A stretch of 64,000 nucleotides of DNA. Source: Amoebidium appalachense. Its lineage: Eukaryota; Protista; Ichthyosporea. A program made the translations under genes and the position numbers. The notes under the pieces were generated by a model. It was not told the DNA's origin and did no database searches. It saw only the letters and a program-made list of their open reading frames with translations. This document shows, one piece after another, positions 52,767 through 64,000 of this stretch. The stretch is taken from NCBI GenBank assembly GCA_963693365.1, contig CAVNZM010000015.1:3410001-3474000 (forward strand). Reading direction: 5' to 3'. The first letter of the stretch is position 1. Each line of letters begins with the position of its first letter.

Positions 52767-54193
52767 AGGCTAGGGACTTGCAGGGCTGGAAAGTGTTAGG
52801 GACAACAAACAGAGACACTAAACCCCTATTTGTGCTGTTCAATGATTGGTGATGGTTTGTTTGCATCCATAGTACACGTGAACATGTGCCAAGGATATTT
52901 GGGCAGTGCAATATACTGTTATACAATCTGGAGATTTGCACACCATTTTTGACGATTTCTTCAAGTGTACAGTATTTGACATTTGCATTAATGTCTCAAG
53001 GAAAAATTCAACATTTTAATAGCCTATGAGATTTGGTATTTGTTATCTATTTTAGCCATAGTATGTGTTAAGTTTTCAAAATTCTGAAGACAATCTATAT
53101 TGGCGCAGTGACTTGTGCAATCAGTAAACTTCAAGTAAGCCGGACTGTTAACTTAGTATGCAAAAAGCCTGACAAAGAAACTTTATGATTTGTGCAACCG
53201 AGGACAACAGGCCCTCTCGAATATGCACACAGGCTGAGCAATACCAAATTTTCGTTCATATTTTATAGTTTTGTCGTTATCGGTTAGAAGTTTTTATTTC
53301 AGTGGTAGTGATAAAGATTAAAATACATAGTATTACCGTGACTCAGCCTACAAAGCGTGGGTGTGCACATGTTCCGTTGACACACACCCGGCCAACCGAC
53401 CGATTATTAAGAATGGAGGAACTATATCGGACATCCCACATGATATCAAAAAAAAGGGGGTTCACTTAACATAACGGTTCAAACAAATTGAGTTGCACTC
53501 AAAAAGAAATAGAACTCTTCAAGACTCACCATCACAAAAACGTTAACTTAATTTTCACTCAACGACAACATATCAACTAAAGATCTAGTTTGAACCCTAG
53601 TAATTCAAACGATTTTAAAAAAAAGGTGGGGAAAAGGAAGGGGGGGGGGAAATAACAAGAATCCTTTGCGCCTACGACAGCGGGATTCTCACTCAAGCAA
53701 TATGTTCTCATGATGAAACTTGTCGAACAGGGCTAGAAAATTTTAAAAATCATTAATTTTTCGGAATACTTCGATTCAAACAAGGATTCTAAAACTATTT
53801 TAGTCACGTTTGATCCCTCAAACAAAGTTAAAGAAATATACCGATACCCCCCCCCCCCCCCCCCCCCCTTTCTCCCCCTCCCCTCCCTCCCCCCCCCCCC
53901 CCTCCCCCCTTCCCCCCCCCCCCTCCCCCCTCCCCCCCCCCCCCCCTCCCCCCCTCCCCCCCCCCCCCCCGGGCCTCTTTTTGAATATATTAATGCATGG
54001 AAATCATAACCTCGGAAGACGGTTGCTATTTTGTGTCTCGGGCTGGGCCGGTTCAACATTCGGGTCGGGCCACTGCTGCTGGCGCTGCTGGTGTGGTTCG
54101 AATGGCCGTGGGTGAGGAATCTGGGTGGTGCCTAAATAGGGTAATGTGTGGGGAGTGGTGTTTGGAAGATTTAGAGCGGCACTATATGTCAAA

Positions 54194-58116
<3,923 letters not shown>

Positions 58117-60343
58117 GGTTTGAGGTGTGCTTAAAGCAACTCTGTTCAATCATGCAGTTGTTAAATAATCATAAAGGCTGCGGCGGTCTCTTTCATGTGT
58201 GTGTTGCCGGACTTCTTATATTATGTAGTGGATGTTTATTCAACCAAGTTGAACTTAAATTTGAAAGGTCGTCTTTTGACGCGGCCGGCCGGCCGAATCA
58301 CAGTACTATTTAGCCTACGGTTGCTCTAGATGCTACAGAACGACATGTACACAATGTCATGATACAAGAAATTGGTCAACGTCGAAGGTTTGTTTCTATA
58401 CATAGGCTACCAATGAAATGTGTGTGTATCGGTTTGCGTAGGTAGGGTAGGGTACGAGCGTGTACTTTGACGTCCTTTTCCTTAAATGCATGAGTGAAAT
58501 AACACATTTGAAATTATGTTGACCCAAGAGCTGCACATCAGTGACTACAGAAGTTAGTACAGAACCACAGAATGTAAACAAAGGGACCAGCGTTTGTTTT
58601 GAGGCTGGCCGGGCCCCGGAGAAAACGGTCTTTGCACGCACCGATTGGAGGACCGTCTGAGTCCCCCAACACTTCAAATGGGTGGGGGACTGGCGACATG
58701 AACATGTTGCAGATTCTTTTTTTTAAAAAATATATATAATGACTTTATTGATGTGCTCATGGGATGTGAAGAGGCGAGATACCGCAGATATCCCGGGGTA
58801 GAGAAAAAACTCGCTAGGGATATACCGGGCTTGTACAGAGGATACATGTTGGTTTACAACACAACTCATAGTAGATACGTGGACAGCAGATCCATTTCTT
58901 AATTAACATTAATATTTCTTTTTTTTGACTTCATTTCATATTCTATTGCCATTTATTAGGGTGGTTTTTATTTTGTATTAACATTCTTCTTGTAATTGAG
59001 CTTCAACTGTTAACTTGTCAGGCAAGCCCAGGCTAAATTAATGAAAGTTTTCGTTTCAAACATGAACGACATTCGTATCTTACGAAAACATGTACACCCG
59101 CTGCAAAATTTCGACAGCGCAAATTGGGCTTGGGGTTCTGGCGGCTGGCGAGGCTCTATCTTTCATAGTACCGGCACCAAAGCTGCAGCCGTACCTCAAA
59201 CAAACAATTTACATAGCTATATAACGACATTGATCTCAAAATGAAAAAAAAAAAAGCAGTCTAAAATTACTTAGACATGTAGGGGTATCCTGTCAAACCG
59301 AGACTCTGATACAGCCACAGTACGCCCAATAGATGAAAGTATGGGGGGAGAGCTGCGGGGGCTCCACGACGGGTTCACGTTCCATTAAAAAGAGCCAATA
59401 GGAAGACGTTCATACGTTTCGATAGATTCAATTAGATTGCAGGTAGATCACGGTTAGGTTTACATGTATGAGCGCCGGACTAAAAACCGACTTGTTAGAC
59501 AACTTATTAACGATATTTAAAAATAAGGCTTACGCCTGATATTTAGGGGGACGAAAAATGATTTATTTTTTACATGCCTGCTTTTTAGCAAGGCTTGGAG
59601 CTAGGTGGCGGGTGAAATTTGGGGGGTTTCGGAGCTTGAAAATTGCCTTTGAAAGTCCGAAAATTGTCCCTAACTTTTTGAGGTTAGGTCCATCAATTCT
59701 CCAAGAATTGGCTAACACAGCCAAATATATAGATAAAACATTACACCTTTAAACGGCTGTTGGCTCAGTTAGGGCCATCCAGGCTGGAAAAAAGCTGTTA
59801 CCAAAATGGCACCGTGGGCCAGCCTCAAAACATCTTTCACACCCTGGCTGCCTGGCTGCCGGGGGCATCTCAAGAATTTATCGCCAGGAGCTGATATGAT
59901 TGGATGCTTATGTACATACTTGCTGTGAGAAGCACGCGCATTCCGAGAATTCATTCGTCGACAGAAAATGTAAATAGATACATAGAAAGCGTGCGATTGG
60001 TCCGGGAAAATGGATTGCTCAAAACGGCGTGGCGAAATCAATGGAAGCAAAAGTAAATAAGAATAACGCTACGAGGTTAAACTGACGTCATCTATAAATT
60101 TTTAACGTTTTGCCACCAGTTTTGCCACCAGCCTAAAGTTTGAAAAAACTGTTTGAGATATGACATACACTAATAATGGGGACGGTGTGTGCGTGATACG
60201 TGTGCCAGCTAGGACCTGTGTGTACACGTGTATGCACGTGCACATGGGTGGCGCGTGTCTGTGTGAGGGGGAGGGGGGAGGGGGGGGGGGGCGTGAACGG
60301 GGGGGGGGGGGGGGGGGGGGGGAGGGGAGGGGGGGGGTTGCGT

Positions 60344-60394
<51 letters not shown>

Positions 60395-60630
60395 CTCATG
60401 GGAGGCCGTGGTTCAAAGGTGTTTGCCAAGCATGGTAAGTGCGCCATCTGTGCATGCCATTTGCATGCCATCTTCCAGGCCTTCCATTAGTGGTGTGTAT
60501 ATGTGTGCGCATGGGTGTGTGTATATATGTACACATGTGTGTATGTGCCAGTGTGTATGTGCGTGCCTGCGTGCTTGTGTGCGTGTGTGCGTGTATGCGC
60601 GCGCGCGTGTGTTAGTGCGCGCGTGTGTGT

Positions 60631-60684
<54 letters not shown>

Positions 60685-60731
60685 ATGTGTGAGTACTAGT
60701 GGTGTGTGCGTTTGCGTATGATGGTGTGTGC

Positions 60732-61813
<1,082 letters not shown>

Positions 61814-62802
61814 AGCATGAATTGAGAATTGAGAAAATTCGTTTGTGTCCTTGTCCACTAGTCGCAACACACATGCAGTGTGCTTCAGTATTTCAGAATC
61901 GGGCGTACATTGATGCACCATGTTTATTGCAGATCATACCGTGCTTGTTTCTAATTAGTATTAGATTATATCATACACAGTTTTCGATTCGACATTACTG
62001 TAAGGGCATAGCTTGAAAGTGAAGTTTGCTATATTTGTAAAACTTGCATCTGCACCTAGGGAGGCACAGGTTGATATTACGTACAGGCTGTGACTACATG
62101 ATTAATCATATTACATAGCCCGCTATCAAAGCCACGGCTAACTTAAAAGTCGTGTTAGGGTTCTTATATACACAACTATAGCATTGGATAGCATCGCCCA
62201 CCGTTAAGGACAATGCTACTAAGAGTCAAGTAGAGGTTCATATTTCTCATATTTATAAAGATAAAATTACATACCCCGCTGTCAGTCAAAGCTGCAGTGG
62301 TAAAATCAACTGATGATCCTGTTTAAAAGGTTCATGGTGATTAAGATTGGCAAATAACTCGTCCGCATCATAGATATACAATAGATAGTATATACATGAG
62401 CCACTACTAGAGTCTGGCTCAAAATCACTATCACATATTATTTACATGGGCCTGGGGTTCCACAAGTATCACTATATATAGTGCATAGCCAGCTATCAAA
62501 GTCATGGCTAACTCAAGTGTGAAATTTTGCCCAGAATTAAGTCTTGCTACAGCCGGTGATGTTTATGATTACAAATCAAAGTTTTATTAATATTAGCTGC
62601 CAGCTGATCAAATATATTGACTAGGTTTATATATATATAACATTAATAGCACCAATAGCAGCCATATACAACTGAAAGGTGTGTCGAAGCTAATTTTTAT
62701 TGTAGACCATAATTCAGGAGAGAGGAGGAGAGAGGTGCCCGGAGGGGGGGGGGGGGGGGGGGGGGGAGGGAGGGAGGGAGGGAGGGGGGAGAGGGAGGAA
62801 AA

Positions 62803-62833
<31 letters not shown>

Positions 62834-62854
62834 TGTGTGTGTGTGTGTGTGTGT

Positions 62855-63095
62855 GCACGCGCGTGTGTGTGCGTGTGTGTGTGGTGTGTGTGTGTATGTG
62901 TGGGTGTACGGTGTCACAGTGTGTACACGCACGTGTTTGTGTGCGACCTGCGCACGTGTGATGTGTGTGTGTGTGTGTGTGCACGCGCGTGTGTGTGCGT
63001 GTGTGTGTGGTGTGTGTGTGTATGTGTGGGTGTACGGTGTCACAGTGTGTACACGCACGTGTTTGTGTGCGACCTGCGCACGTGTGATGTGTGTG
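62855..63095. repeat. 126-bp tandem duplication within a (GT)n region
   Basis: GCACGCGCGTG...GCGACCTGCGCACGTGTGATG at 62855 and 62981. Confidence 0.85.
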
Positions 63096-63161
63096 TATGT
63101 ATGTGTGTGTGTAGCAGAAGGAGGGGGGGGGGGGGGGGGGGGGGAGGGGAGGGAGGGCGAC

Positions 63162-63200
<39 letters not shown>

Positions 63201-63214
63201 TCTGTGTGTGTGTG

Positions 63215-63245
<31 letters not shown>

Positions 63246-63414
63246 GTGCGTGCGTGCGTGTGTGTGTCACGGTGTGTGTGTGTGTCTGTGTGTGTAAGTG
63301 TGTGCGTGTGTGTGCGTGTGTGTATCACGGTGTGTGTGTGGGTGTGGGTGTGGGTGTGGGTGACGTGTGCGTGTGTGGGTGGGGGGATGCGGAGGGCAGG
63401 AAGGCGGGGGGCCG

Positions 63415-63460
<46 letters not shown>

Positions 63461-63546
63461 GGGAGGACGCACAGTGTGGGTGTGGGTGTGGGTGTGTATG
63501 GGTGGGTGAGTATGTGCGTGGCACGAAGGGGTGCGCGCACGTATGC

Positions 63547-63598
<52 letters not shown>

Positions 63599-63795
63599 CA
63601 CATGACATGCATGGAGGAGAAAGAAAACAGAGAAAGAGTGACACTCCGAGAAAGAGAGACAGGGGGGGAGGGGGGAGGGGGGGAGGGGGGGGGAGGGGGG
63701 TATTTGGGCCTCACTCTCGTGCATGTAAAAACAACTTCACTTTCACTTGCTGGGCCTCCGGCAGTGTCCACGCAATAAAAAGTGTGTAAACCCCC

Positions 63796-63992
63796 CACTT
63801 TCACTTCGATCTAATTAGCTGTCACGTCAACTTTTTTTCCCGATTCTTCATCATGGCAGGTATATAAAGGCTTTCGTTTCTTCTTTTTGTGGACTTCACT
63901 TTCACTTCGATCTCTTAGCTGTCACGTCAACTTTTTTTCCCGATTCTTCACCATGGCAGGTATATAAAGGCTTTCGTTTCTTTTTTTTGTGG
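63796..63992. repeat. 101-bp tandem repeat, 2 copies, each containing TATATAAA
   Basis: CACTTTCACTTCGATCT...GGTATATAAAGGCTTTCG... at 63796 and 63897. Confidence 0.88.
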
Positions 63993-64000
63993 TTGGAGGG

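Noticed and set aside
59280-60135. Possible hAT-like or other MITE fragments (also ~28450-28560, ~29100-29600, ~53100-53800)
   Set aside because: TE-like texture, but no matching TIR pair or TSD could be established by eye.

Overview
Eukaryotic genomic DNA with GT-AG introns and extremely dense (CA)n, (CT)n and poly-G/C tracts, so most ORFs in the track are microsatellite artefacts. The gene content would fit a unicellular opisthokont, but this is an inference only. Contents in order: (1) 1-13.8 kb is a nest of CACTA/Plavaka-type transposon DNA. A 9-kb TIR element (1940-10940, TA duplication) carries a spliced transposase fragment, an 11-copy ~184-bp satellite and an internal copy of its own empty target site. 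Next to it lies an intronless gene resembling a viral OB-fold ssDNA-binding protein, then a CCAAT promoter, CATATC iterons and a Y/T-shaped hairpin. (2) 14-28 kb is a large, apparently decaying minus-strand gene for an extracellular mosaic protein (tectonin-like, WSC, PAN, EGF). Its introns hold a very young non-autonomous LTR element with a dUTPase-like remnant and a Tc1/mariner-type MITE. (3) A ricin-B lectin membrane-protein gene. (4) An intact Ngaro/VIPER-type tyrosine-recombinase retrotransposon (34894-41194, A1-ORFs-B1-A2-B2) whose three ORFs are joined by two ATGA stop/start overlaps. (5) A 3-exon beta-helix (Pmp-like) surface-protein gene, a possible MULE remnant, a small PPxY membrane-protein gene and a 4-exon Con7-like C2H2 transcription-factor gene. 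All family calls come from motif recognition by eye; no searches were run.
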